The notes under the pieces: model-generated
The model's input: the letters and a program-made list of their open reading frames with translations, nothing else
The model's database searches: none
Told to the model about the DNA's origin: nothing
Shown here: piece by piece, positions 55,868-64,000 of the stretch
Numbering within the stretch: position 1 is the stretch's first letter
Layout: every line of letters begins with the position of its first letter
Assembly (NCBI GenBank): GCA_963675525.2
Contig: CAXXSL010000020.1
Location: forward strand, 32,001 to 96,000
Reading direction: 5' to 3'
DNA: 64,000 nucleotides
Source: Anaerohalosphaeraceae bacterium
GTDB lineage: Bacteria; Planctomycetota; Phycisphaerae; Sedimentisphaerales; Anaerohalosphaeraceae
Position numbers and translations under genes: made by a program

Positions 55868-57979
55868 TTATCGCTTTTCCAGCATCATCATCGAATCAAC
55901 AGCTATCGGTATTGTGCCTTCACGCCCTACCACAAACGGGTTGATGTCCAATTCTTTGATCTGCGGAAATTCCGTAACCAACTGAGATAGTCGCTGTAAG
56001 GCCTCGGCAATCGCACTGATATCGACACCTTCTTCGCCCCGGGTTCCCTTGAGAATGTCATAGGTCTTCGTACGAACAAGCATCTCCATTGCTTCGTCGG
56101 CGGTCAGCGGGGCCGGATAGAACACAACATCCTCCAGAACCTCCACCAGTTTGCCGCCGGTGCCAAACATCATCAGCGGCCCAAACCTCGGGTCGCGGTT
56201 CATCCCTAAGATCACCTCCCGGCCGATCGAACACATTTTCTCGACGCAAATCCCAAGGACATTGGCATTAGGCGCCTTTTTAGGAATGCGATACATCATC
56301 AGGTCGAATACATCCATGACCTGCTGTTCACCGACCACATTTGTTTTAACCCCGCCCACATCGGTTTTGTGCAATATCTCCGGAGACCATATCTTCATCA
56401 CAACCGGATAACCAATCTGATTGGCAATATTCACCGCCTGTTCGGGAGTTGTGGCCAGTCCGCCCTGCGGGGTGACAAATCCGTAGGCCTCCAGAATTTC
56501 CTTGGCTTCCATTTCGCCAACTTCCAATTGCCCCTGCCGCATGTGCCGCTCGATGATCCGTTCGACTTTTCGCCGGTTTACATTAAACAGTTTGACAACG
56601 CGTTTAGGGCGCGCACGCCACTTGGCATAGCGATGCATCACCCGGATGGTTTTGATGGCACTTTCCGGCGAGTCGTAAGGTGGGATCTTTCCTTTTCTGA
56701 GAATTTTAACTGCTTCGGCAACACGACTGGCCCCCAAAAAGCAGGCCAGAATAGGTTTTTCCCAGCCGTCTTCATTGGCCACACGCACAATTGCCTGAGC
56801 TGTTTCGGCACATTCGGTCATGGCATGAGGACTCAGCAATACCAGTACTGCGTCAACATTCGGGTCATCGAGTACGGTACGAATCGCAAATTCATAACGA
56901 TCCGACAATGCATCCCCCAGCAGGTCGATGGGGTTGCTGATGCTGGCCGCCCGCGACAGTTCCGCCGACAGGGCCATCCGGCTTTGTGTTTCTTCTGAAA
57001 ACTGGGCCAACTGAAGGCCTTCGCGTTCGATGGCATCCGTGGCCATAATGCCTGCACCGCCCGCATTGGCGATGACGGCTACGCGCGGCCCCTTGGGCAG
57101 CGGCTGATAGGCAAACGCCCGGGCGTAATCAAACTGATCCTTGATCGATTCACAGCGTACCACTCCGGCACGCTCGAAAACACATTCAAATGCGCTTTCC
57201 ACTTCCGCCAATCTGCCGGTATGAGAGGACGCCGCACGGGCACCGGCCTCAGTAAACCCGGCTTTCATCAACAGGATAGGTTTTTCACGACTGATCTTCT
57301 CGGCTTGGCGAATAAACGCATCGCCGTCGGCGATTGTTTCAAGATAGCCGGCAATGACTTTCGTTTCAGCATCTTCACCCATTGCACGGATAATGGTTAA
57401 TTCGTTCACATCGGCTTTATTGCCGATGCTGATGAGTTTGCTGAAACCCAGGCTTGTGTCACGAGCCATATCAACGATGGCCGCCAGCAGCGATCCGGAT
57501 TGGGAAAAGTACCCGATTGTTCCGGCCGCGGGCAAATCACCGCCAAAGCTGGCATTCAGTTTACTGCCGGGAACCATGATCCCGATGCAGTTGGGACCAA
57601 TGATACGAATGTTTGCGGATTTCGCTGTGCGAAGAATTGCTTTTTCCAGTTCAGAGCCTTCGGAACTCGATTCTTTAAAGCCCGATGAGACGATGACGAC
57701 TGCCTTAACACCGAGATCGGCACATTGTTTAATGACATCCAAGACCCGTTTGGCGGCGACCGCAATGACCACCAAGTCGGGAGCCTGACCGATCGATTTG
57801 AGATCGGGATAGGATTTCAGGCCCTGAATTTCATCGGCTGTGGGATTAACGGGAAATATTTTACCGGGAAACTGTCCTTTTAGCATCCCCGCAAGGATCT
57901 CGTAGCCGACCTTGCCGTTCTGCCGGGATGCACCGACAATCGCGACTGATTGAGGTTTAAAAAAGTGATCCAGACTCAT
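55868..57979 (-). CDS. ADP-forming acetate/acyl-CoA ligase (fused alpha+beta, ATP-grasp)
   Basis: PQSVAIVGAS, IIGPNCIG, SQSG, AASSHTG (His retained), NAGGAG, NPIDL, HKTDVGGV, ELDINP. ATG at 57979 preceded by GAGG. Confidence 0.9.
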   Translation of the reverse strand: MSLDHFFKPQSVAIVGASRQNGKVGYEILAGMLKGQFPGKIFPVNPTADEIQGLKSYPDLKSIGQAPDLVVIAVAAKRVLDVIKQCADLGVKAVVIVSSGFKESSSEGSELEKAILRTAKSANIRIIGPNCIGIMVPGSKLNASFGGDLPAAGTIGYFSQSGSLLAAIVDMARDTSLGFSKLISIGNKADVNELTIIRAMGEDAETKVIAGYLETIADGDAFIRQAEKISREKPILLMKAGFTEAGARAASSHTGRLAEVESAFECVFERAGVVRCESIKDQFDYARAFAYQPLPKGPRVAVIANAGGAGIMATDAIEREGLQLAQFSEETQSRMALSAELSRAASISNPIDLLGDALSDRYEFAIRTVLDDPNVDAVLVLLSPHAMTECAETAQAIVRVANEDGWEKPILACFLGASRVAEAVKILRKGKIPPYDSPESAIKTIRVMHRYAKWRARPKRVVKLFNVNRRKVERIIERHMRQGQLEVGEMEAKEILEAYGFVTPQGGLATTPEQAVNIANQIGYPVVMKIWSPEILHKTDVGGVKTNVVGEQQVMDVFDLMMYRIPKKAPNANVLGICVEKMCSIGREVILGMNRDPRFGPLMMFGTGGKLVEVLEDVVFYPAPLTADEAMEMLVRTKTYDILKGTRGEEGVDISAIAEALQRLSQLVTEFPQIKELDINPFVVGREGTIPIAVDSMMMLEKR

Positions 57980-58157
57980 CGTATCCTCGATATTTGTCTC
58001 GGCCTTTATGCCTGCCGGGCTTTGTACTCGGAGACTGATTAAAGCACTTTTTATATCCGCAAACCGACCCCATGTAAAGAGTTTTGTCTTTATTGTGTCG
58101 GTATTTAACGTAAAAATTTTCCTTTCCGTCAAAAAAACTGCTTGTCTGAAAAAAGCC

Positions 58158-58186
58158 TTTACATAACCGGTTTAAAAAGCTATATT
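58158..58186 (+). promoter_or_regulatory. sigma70-type promoter of tRNA-Thr
   Basis: TTTACA-N17-TATATT. Confidence 0.6.
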
Positions 58187-58198
58187 AAAAACTCTTAT

Positions 58199-58270
58199 GC
58201 CGAGGTAGCTCAACGGTAGAGCACAGCTTTCGTAAAGCTGGGGTTGAGGGTTCAATTCCCTTCTTCGGCT
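58199..58270 (+). tRNA. tRNA-Thr(CGT); CCA not encoded
   Basis: GCCGAGGTAGCTCAACGGTAGAGCACAGCTTTCGTAAAGCTGGGGTTGAGGGTTCAATTCCCTTCTTCGGCT. Anticodon arm CAGCT-TTCGTAA-AGCTG. Confidence 0.95.
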
Positions 58271-58275
58271 GTAAC

Positions 58276-58301
58276 GCCCCAATCCAGCCGGGGCTTTTTT
58301 T
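58276..58301 (+). terminator. Intrinsic terminator after tRNA-Thr
   Basis: GCCCC...GGGGC followed by a T7 tract. Confidence 0.6.
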
Positions 58302-59135
58302 ATGGATCAAATCATGGAGTTTCAGGATAAATATCAAAATCTGAAAGACCGCTTGAAGGCTGATGGAAAAGTCGCCATTGCCTTCTCCGGCGGTGTGGAC
58401 AGTACGTTTTTGCTCAAAGCGGCTGTTGAGACGCTCGGGGTGGACAATGTGCTGGCGTGTACGGGGGTTAGTGCGTCCCTGTCACAGCATCAGCTTGAAC
58501 AGGCCCGCGAGATGGCAAAACTTATCGGGGTCGAGCTTGTCGAAATCGGGCTGGATGAGTTGGATGACCCGAATTACCAAGCCAATAAAGCTGACCGTTG
58601 CTTTCACTGTAAAACATGCCAGTTTCGAACGATTCAGGAATATGCCGGACAACGGGGTTTTGAGCATACGCTCTGCGGGAGTAATTGGGACGACAAGGAC
58701 GACTATCGTCCCGGCAATCGAGCTGTGGAAGCGCTGGGCATTGGGACGCCGCTGATGGATGCGAAACTGACCAAAGCCGACATTCGCCAACTCAGCCGGC
58801 AACTGGGTTTACCAACGGCGGATGTTCCGGCCTCTCCCTGCCTGGCTTCCCGCATTGCCTACGGTGAAACGATTACCGAACAAAAACTTGCACAAGTCGA
58901 GCAGGCAGAGGATTTTCTGCGGCAACTGGGATTTGTCGAATTCCGGGTTCGCCACCACGGTGATCTGGCGCGTATCGAAGTGCCCTCTTTGCACATCCAT
59001 GAAATCGCTCAGCCGGACTGTCGCAACAAAATTGTGAAACAATTCAAAGAACTTGGTTTTCGTTATGTCAGCCTCGATATGCAGGGTTTTCGTTCCGGAT
59101 CACTGAATGAAAGTCTGGGCGATTTTCAGGTTTAA
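58302..59135 (+). CDS. larE: ATP-dependent sacrificial sulfur transferase LarE family (PP-loop)
   Basis: AFSGGVDS, RCFHCK, DDYRPG, SPCLASRIAYG, FRVRHHG, GFRSGSLN. Confidence 0.88.
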   Translation: MDQIMEFQDKYQNLKDRLKADGKVAIAFSGGVDSTFLLKAAVETLGVDNVLACTGVSASLSQHQLEQAREMAKLIGVELVEIGLDELDDPNYQANKADRCFHCKTCQFRTIQEYAGQRGFEHTLCGSNWDDKDDYRPGNRAVEALGIGTPLMDAKLTKADIRQLSRQLGLPTADVPASPCLASRIAYGETITEQKLAQVEQAEDFLRQLGFVEFRVRHHGDLARIEVPSLHIHEIAQPDCRNKIVKQFKELGFRYVSLDMQGFRSGSLNESLGDFQV

Positions 59136-59211
59136 ATTCCACAGGAATTGCGGACAAAAAGACCCTAAAAACAAGGACTGAAAGGGAATACTTGAGAACA
59201 TTCAGAAGCGC

Positions 59212-59286
59212 AAAAAAAAAGGCCAGGTTATTCATCACCCTGGCCCATATCTTTTCCACCCGTCCTCCAACGTGTGTAATACCATT
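59212..59286 (-). ncRNA. Candidate small RNA or leaderless 16-aa peptide transcript
   Basis: Bounded by promoter TTGACT-N17-TAAAAT (59321-59293) and terminator GGCCAGG-(11 nt)-CCTGGCC-T9. Confidence 0.55.
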
Positions 59287-59416
59287 GAGTTTATTTTACG
59301 CGCACTGATGTATAGAGTCAACAGTATTTTTAAATTTTTCTGATTTTTTGTTCAGATTAACACCCCAACTTCACAATAAAAGCCCGTATAAAGCGTAAAA
59401 GCCGTTTTTTTCTTTG

Positions 59417-59445
59417 TTGCAAGGGTGTTTTTTTTAGGCTATACT
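59417..59445 (+). promoter_or_regulatory. sigma70-type promoter of ahcY
   Basis: TTGCAA-N17-TATACT. Confidence 0.65.
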
Positions 59446-59487
59446 TCGACAGTTAATCATTTTGGAAGAACCTGAAAGGAAAAATGG

Positions 59488-60936
59488 ATGGAAACGATGC
59501 AGAATTCAACAAAGAATGTACAGAAATATGACCCGAATTTAAAATACAAGGTGGCCGATATTTCTTTGGCAGAATTTGGACGCAAAGAAATGCAGATCGC
59601 CGAAAAAGAGATGCCAGGGCTGATGGCAACGCGTGAAAAATACGGACAGGAACAACCGTTAAAGGGTCTCAAGATCACCGGTTCCCTGCACATGACCATT
59701 CAGACCGCAATGCTCATCGAGACACTTGAGGTTCTTGGTGCCGATGTCCGCTGGGCCTCGTGCAATATCTTCTCGACACAGGACCATGCCGCGGCCGCGA
59801 TTGCTGCCGCCGGGCGAACGCCCGTTTTCGCATGGAAAGGCGAAACGCTGGAAGACTACTGGTGGTGCACCGAGCAGGCATTGACCTGGCCGGACGGTTC
59901 CGGGCCGGATATGATCGTCGATGACGGCGGTGACGCCACGTTAATGATTATTCAGGGCCAGCGGGTCGAAAAGGACCCGTCACTGCTGGATAAGAAATAC
60001 GATAACAAGGAATTCCAGATTATCATGGACCGCCTGGCGTCCAACTATGCCGACAACCCGACCCGCTGGACAAAGGTCGCCGAAAACCTTCGCGGCGTCT
60101 CGGAAGAAACCACCACCGGCGTCCATCGGCTGTACCAGTTGCAGGAATCCGGCGAACTGCCTTTCCCTGCGATCAATGTCAACGACTCCGTGACCAAATC
60201 CAAATTCGACAATCTCTACGGCTGCCGCGAATCATTGGCCGACGGCATCAAACGCGCCACCGATGTCATGATTGCCGGCAAGGTCGTTGTCGTCGCCGGT
60301 TACGGCGATGTCGGCAAGGGCTGTGCCCACTCCATGAAAGCCCTGGGCGCTCGCGTACTGATTACGGAAATTGACCCTATCTGTGCCCTTCAGGCCATGA
60401 TGGAAGGCTACGAAGTAACGACCATGGAAGACGCCGCACCCGAAGGTGATATTTTCGTAACAACCACCGGTAACTGCGACGTTATCTGCGGCAGCCACAT
60501 GGAACAGATGAAAGACGAAGCCATCGTCTGCAACATCGGCCACTTCGACAGCGAGATCGAAATGAGCTATCTGGAAAACAGTGCCGACTGCAAGAAGGAC
60601 AACATCAAACCGCAGGTGGACAAATGGACGTTCAAATCCGGCCGTTCGATTATCGTGCTGGCCGAAGGCCGTCTGGTCAATCTGGGCTGTGCAACCGGCC
60701 ATCCAAGCTTTGTCATGAGCAACAGCTTCACCAACCAGTGTCTGGCACAAATCATGCTGGCAAATCAAAAATTGGAACCCGGCGTGTACACCCTGCCGAA
60801 AAAACTGGACGAGGAAGTAGCCATGCTGCACATTCAGGCGTTAGGCGGCAAAGTCACACGCTTGACTGAAAAACAAGCTGACTATCTCGGTATCCCCGTA
60901 GAAGGCCCCTACAAACCGGAACACTATCGATATTAA
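59488..60936 (+). CDS. ahcY: Adenosylhomocysteinase
   Basis: [71 protein letters not shown]. Confidence 0.97.
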   Translation: METMQNSTKNVQKYDPNLKYKVADISLAEFGRKEMQIAEKEMPGLMATREKYGQEQPLKGLKITGSLHMTIQTAMLIETLEVLGADVRWASCNIFSTQDHAAAAIAAAGRTPVFAWKGETLEDYWWCTEQALTWPDGSGPDMIVDDGGDATLMIIQGQRVEKDPSLLDKKYDNKEFQIIMDRLASNYADNPTRWTKVAENLRGVSEETTTGVHRLYQLQESGELPFPAINVNDSVTKSKFDNLYGCRESLADGIKRATDVMIAGKVVVVAGYGDVGKGCAHSMKALGARVLITEIDPICALQAMMEGYEVTTMEDAAPEGDIFVTTTGNCDVICGSHMEQMKDEAIVCNIGHFDSEIEMSYLENSADCKKDNIKPQVDKWTFKSGRSIIVLAEGRLVNLGCATGHPSFVMSNSFTNQCLAQIMLANQKLEPGVYTLPKKLDEEVAMLHIQALGGKVTRLTEKQADYLGIPVEGPYKPEHYRY

Positions 60937-60948
60937 GCGGATAGCTCG

Positions 60949-62334
60949 ATGACATCGTTTGTTGTTTTATGTATCCTGTTAGGAGCCGGACATGTCCTGC
61001 GCAGCCAGATTAAGCTTTTTCAAAAGCTGTATCTGCCGAGTTGTGTTATTGGCGGCCTGTTTGGACTGCTGGTCATTCAGGTTCTTTCCGCCGGTTCGGG
61101 TAGTTGTGTCATCTGTGAATCGACCAGCAGTTGGCTCGATGACATCACCGCCCCATGGCAAAAGCTGCCGTCGTTTCTGATTAATATCGTTTTTGCCTGC
61201 TTATTTCTCGGCGTTAAACTGCCGAAGTTCTCGGAAATCTGGAAACGCTCCGCACCGCAGGTCGTATATGGGCAAATCGTCGCCTGGGGTCAGTATGTCG
61301 TCGGTTTGGGACTGTGGATATTTGTATTAGGCTGGATATTCACAGATTTGCCCGGTATGTTCGCCGGAATCCTGCCCGTGGGCTTTGAAGGCGGCCACGG
61401 CACCGCCGCCGGCATGGGACCGGTCTTTGCCCAATATGGCTGGCCCGAAGGTCAGGACTTGGCAATGACCAGCGCAACATTCGGCATCATGTCGGCCATT
61501 GTCGTCGGAACCATTCTCGTCAACTGGGCCGTGCGAAAAGGATACGCCGTCCGCCATAAAGAGCTGGCGGAACAAATCGAAGACGATTCAATCGCCATCA
61601 TTCCCATTGACCAGCGTCCCATTGCGGGCCGGTTGACCGTCAACAGTGATGTCATCGAAGCCTTCAGCCTGCATCTGGTCGCCGTTGGGTTGGCCGTCGG
61701 GATTGGAATACTCATCAAAAACGGATTGCTTCTGGTTGAAGCCAATATCCCCTATCTGGCCGACAAAAAACTGCTTTCGAGTTTTCCGTTATTTCCGTTG
61801 TGCATGATCGGCGGATTGGTCATACAGTTCATCGAGCTTAAATTTGACAAGCATCATCTCATTGACCTGGGACTGATTCGACGCATTCAGAATTGCTCAC
61901 TGGATTTTCTCGTCATCGCCGCGATTGCGATGATTCAAATCGCGGCGGTCAAGGCGGCGTTGGTTCCGCTGCTAATTCTCGTCGCCGCCGGTATCGGGTG
62001 GAATGTCTTCTGCGTCACCGCGCTGGCCCGCCGGATTTTGCCGGATGCGTGGTTTGAGCGGGCCATTGCGGAAATGGGCCAGTCAATGGGCGTCACCGCA
62101 ACGGGACTGCTGTTGCTCCGCATGGTGGACCCCGATTATGACACGCCCGCCGCTGATGCGTTCGCCTGCAAGCAAATCGTTCACGAACCGTTCATGGGCG
62201 GCGGATTGTGGACCAGCACGGCAATACCGCTCATCGCAATCTACGGCCCAATGCGGGTTTTCATCATCGCCGTGGTCGTTATCAGCATTTGGTTGGCCAT
62301 CGGCTGGAAAATGCGGTGTAAAAAGCTCGCCTAA
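60949..62334 (+). CDS. Sodium/glutamate symporter (GltS/ESS family)
   Basis: LPSCVIGG, GFEGGHGTAAG, GQSMGVTATGLLLLR, multiple TM helices. Confidence 0.85.
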   Translation: MTSFVVLCILLGAGHVLRSQIKLFQKLYLPSCVIGGLFGLLVIQVLSAGSGSCVICESTSSWLDDITAPWQKLPSFLINIVFACLFLGVKLPKFSEIWKRSAPQVVYGQIVAWGQYVVGLGLWIFVLGWIFTDLPGMFAGILPVGFEGGHGTAAGMGPVFAQYGWPEGQDLAMTSATFGIMSAIVVGTILVNWAVRKGYAVRHKELAEQIEDDSIAIIPIDQRPIAGRLTVNSDVIEAFSLHLVAVGLAVGIGILIKNGLLLVEANIPYLADKKLLSSFPLFPLCMIGGLVIQFIELKFDKHHLIDLGLIRRIQNCSLDFLVIAAIAMIQIAAVKAALVPLLILVAAGIGWNVFCVTALARRILPDAWFERAIAEMGQSMGVTATGLLLLRMVDPDYDTPAADAFACKQIVHEPFMGGGLWTSTAIPLIAIYGPMRVFIIAVVVISIWLAIGWKMRCKKLA

Positions 62335-62431
62335 ACATCTCTCACTATTTTCTTGCCATCGCCGGCCCCCCGGCTTATAATTATCCCGATATTGTCTGTA
62401 AAAAGATTAAAATATCGGAAGGAAGGAAATT

Positions 62432-62830
62432 ATGTTACACGCAAAAACCATCATGAAACGCGATGTCATCAGCGTCCATCCCGAAACCCCGCTTGATAAA
62501 CTTATCGACATCCTGATTCAGCACACTATTACGGGAGTGCCGGTTCTGAACGACGATTCCTCGCTGGCGGGAATTGTAACCGAGAAAGATATCATGAATT
62601 TCCTGCTCGATAACAACATCTTTGATTTGACGAACGACCGCCTTTTATGTGAAACGACGGTTCATCACATCATGACCGCCAATGTTGTCACGTTTGATGA
62701 GGATGCCCCACTTAACGAAATCTGCCAAAGTCTGGTCAGCCACAATTTCCGGCGGGTTCCGATTATTGACAAGACCGGCAAACTCGTCGGCATCATCAGC
62801 CGAAAAGATATCATCGCCGTTATTTCCTGA
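62432..62830 (+). CDS. CBS domain pair protein
   Basis: ITGVPVL...GIVTEKD and FRRVPII...GIISRKD. Confidence 0.9.
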   Translation: MLHAKTIMKRDVISVHPETPLDKLIDILIQHTITGVPVLNDDSSLAGIVTEKDIMNFLLDNNIFDLTNDRLLCETTVHHIMTANVVTFDEDAPLNEICQSLVSHNFRRVPIIDKTGKLVGIISRKDIIAVIS

Positions 62831-63020
62831 AAAACGTTTGGATTCCACTTTATTCTTCGCCTGAAAACCGAGTAAACTGCCAGAATGGCAGAAAGCCTTT
62901 CAGCGTCTCAAAAACATATCTTCTTTTAAAATAAACACTTAAAAAAAACTCCTTTTGGGAACAGCATTTGCTTTATAAAATACCGATGCTTGAATATCTT
63001 AAGAGGAAGGAATACCTAAC

Positions 63021-64000
63021 ATGAAATTTGATAAATTTACAGTCAAAGCACAGGAAGCGATGGCAACCAGCCAGCAACTGGCAATGGCGGGCAGTCATAC
63101 CATCGTAACGGCCTTGCACCTTTTGGCGGCCCTGTTACAGGATGAGCAGGGATTGGCTATTATGCTTTTAAAAAAAATCGGCTCCAATGCCGATCGCATC
63201 AAAGAAATGACGGACAGCGAATTGAGCCGTCTGCCAAAGGGACAAATCGGCGGGATGATTATGCCCGACCCGGCTTACAGTCAGGTTGTGCTGGATGCAC
63301 AAAACAAAGCTGACAAAATGGACGACGAATTTTTGAGTATCGAACACCTGCTTATGTCGTTGGCAGACATTAAGAGCGACGCAAAAGAAATTTTAAGCGT
63401 CAATTCCATCTCCGTCGAGCAAATTGCCAAGGCAATTAAAGATTTACGGGGCGATACAAAAGTTACCGATGAGAACCCGGAGAGCAAATACAAAGCTCTG
63501 GAACGCTATGGGATCGATTTAATTGAGATGGCCCGCAAAGGCAAGCTCGATCCCGTCATCGGACGGGACGATGAGATTCGCCGCTGTATGCAGGTCTTAA
63601 ACCGCCGGACAAAAAACAATCCTGTTCTCATCGGCGAACCCGGTGTCGGAAAAACCGCCATCGCCGAAGGCCTGGCCCAACGCATTGTCGCCGGCGATGT
63701 TCCCACCGGCCTAAAAGATAAAAAAGTCATTGCTCTGGATATGGGTGCTTTAATTGCCGGAACAAAATTTCGCGGTGAATTCGAAGACCGCTTCAAAGCC
63801 GTCCTCAAAGAAGTCACCCAATCCGATGGGCAAATTATCCTGTTTATTGACGAACTGCATACCATCGTCGGTGCCGGCAAGGCGGAAGGTTCGGTCGATG
63901 CGGGAAATTTGCTCAAGCCTTCGTTGGCCCGTGGTGAACTTCGCTGCATCGGGGCTACGACGCTGGACGAATACCGCAAGTATGTTGAAAAAGACGCCGC
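63021..64000 (+). CDS. clpB: ATP-dependent chaperone ClpB, 5' part (runs off the window; absent from the ORF track)
   Basis: [73 protein letters not shown]. Confidence 0.93.
   Translation, partial: MKFDKFTVKAQEAMATSQQLAMAGSHTIVTALHLLAALLQDEQGLAIMLLKKIGSNADRIKEMTDSELSRLPKGQIGGMIMPDPAYSQVVLDAQNKADKMDDEFLSIEHLLMSLADIKSDAKEILSVNSISVEQIAKAIKDLRGDTKVTDENPESKYKALERYGIDLIEMARKGKLDPVIGRDDEIRRCMQVLNRRTKNNPVLIGEPGVGKTAIAEGLAQRIVAGDVPTGLKDKKVIALDMGALIAGTKFRGEFEDRFKAVLKEVTQSDGQIILFIDELHTIVGAGKAEGSVDAGNLLKPSLARGELRCIGATTLDEYRKYVEKDA

Noticed and set aside
58302..59135. Complete lactate racemase (lar) cofactor cluster
   Set aside because: Only larE is present here; larA, larB and larC are not in the window, and lone LarE homologs are common.
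59136..59487. SAH or SAM riboswitch upstream of ahcY
   Set aside because: The predicted ahcY promoter leaves only a ~35-45 nt leader, and I cannot see the riboswitch consensus motifs.

Overview
A mostly housekeeping stretch of a bacterial chromosome with mid-range GC. It is very probably a Planctomycetota (Phycisphaerae/Sedimentisphaerales-like) genome, inferred from the PVC small basic signature protein at 42074-42241 (missed by the ORF track) and from dockerin-like 'DFSVLAHNWL' modules on large secreted proteins. Core content: the gyrA 3' end, holA, nfnAB, lpxI-lpxD-GT9, pyrK-pyrD, dacB, two CNNM/CBS genes, two Na/Pi cotransporters, rpmF-plsX-fabH-fabD-fabG-acpP-fabF, an Mla/MCE ABC operon, an ADP-forming acyl-CoA ligase next to a CoA-transferase-GNAT fusion, larE, ahcY, the clpB 5' end, tRNA-Lys(CTT) and tRNA-Thr(CGT). 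Most interesting candidates: (i) an AT-rich two-gene cassette (FRG domain plus unknown gene) with no recombinase, bracketed by inverted CCACGGAT..CACGGATT-type repeats and stacked REP-like hairpins, next to an orphan terminase-small-subunit-like HTH gene; (ii) two tandem giant secreted proteases (C25 gingipain-type and HExxH-type) sharing a ~98% identical 712-bp dockerin-like+LamG C-terminal module; (iii) an unannotated ~75-nt transcription unit with its own promoter and terminator between larE and ahcY; (iv) attenuator-like leaders before pyrK and rpmF; (v) a DNase I-like lipoprotein beside two phosphate transporters. Three single-indel frameshifts (CNNM, fabH, fabD) are most simply explained as sequencing/assembly errors. 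No CRISPR array, rRNA, transposase, integrase or reverse transcriptase was seen. All family assignments come from motif recognition by eye, not database searches.
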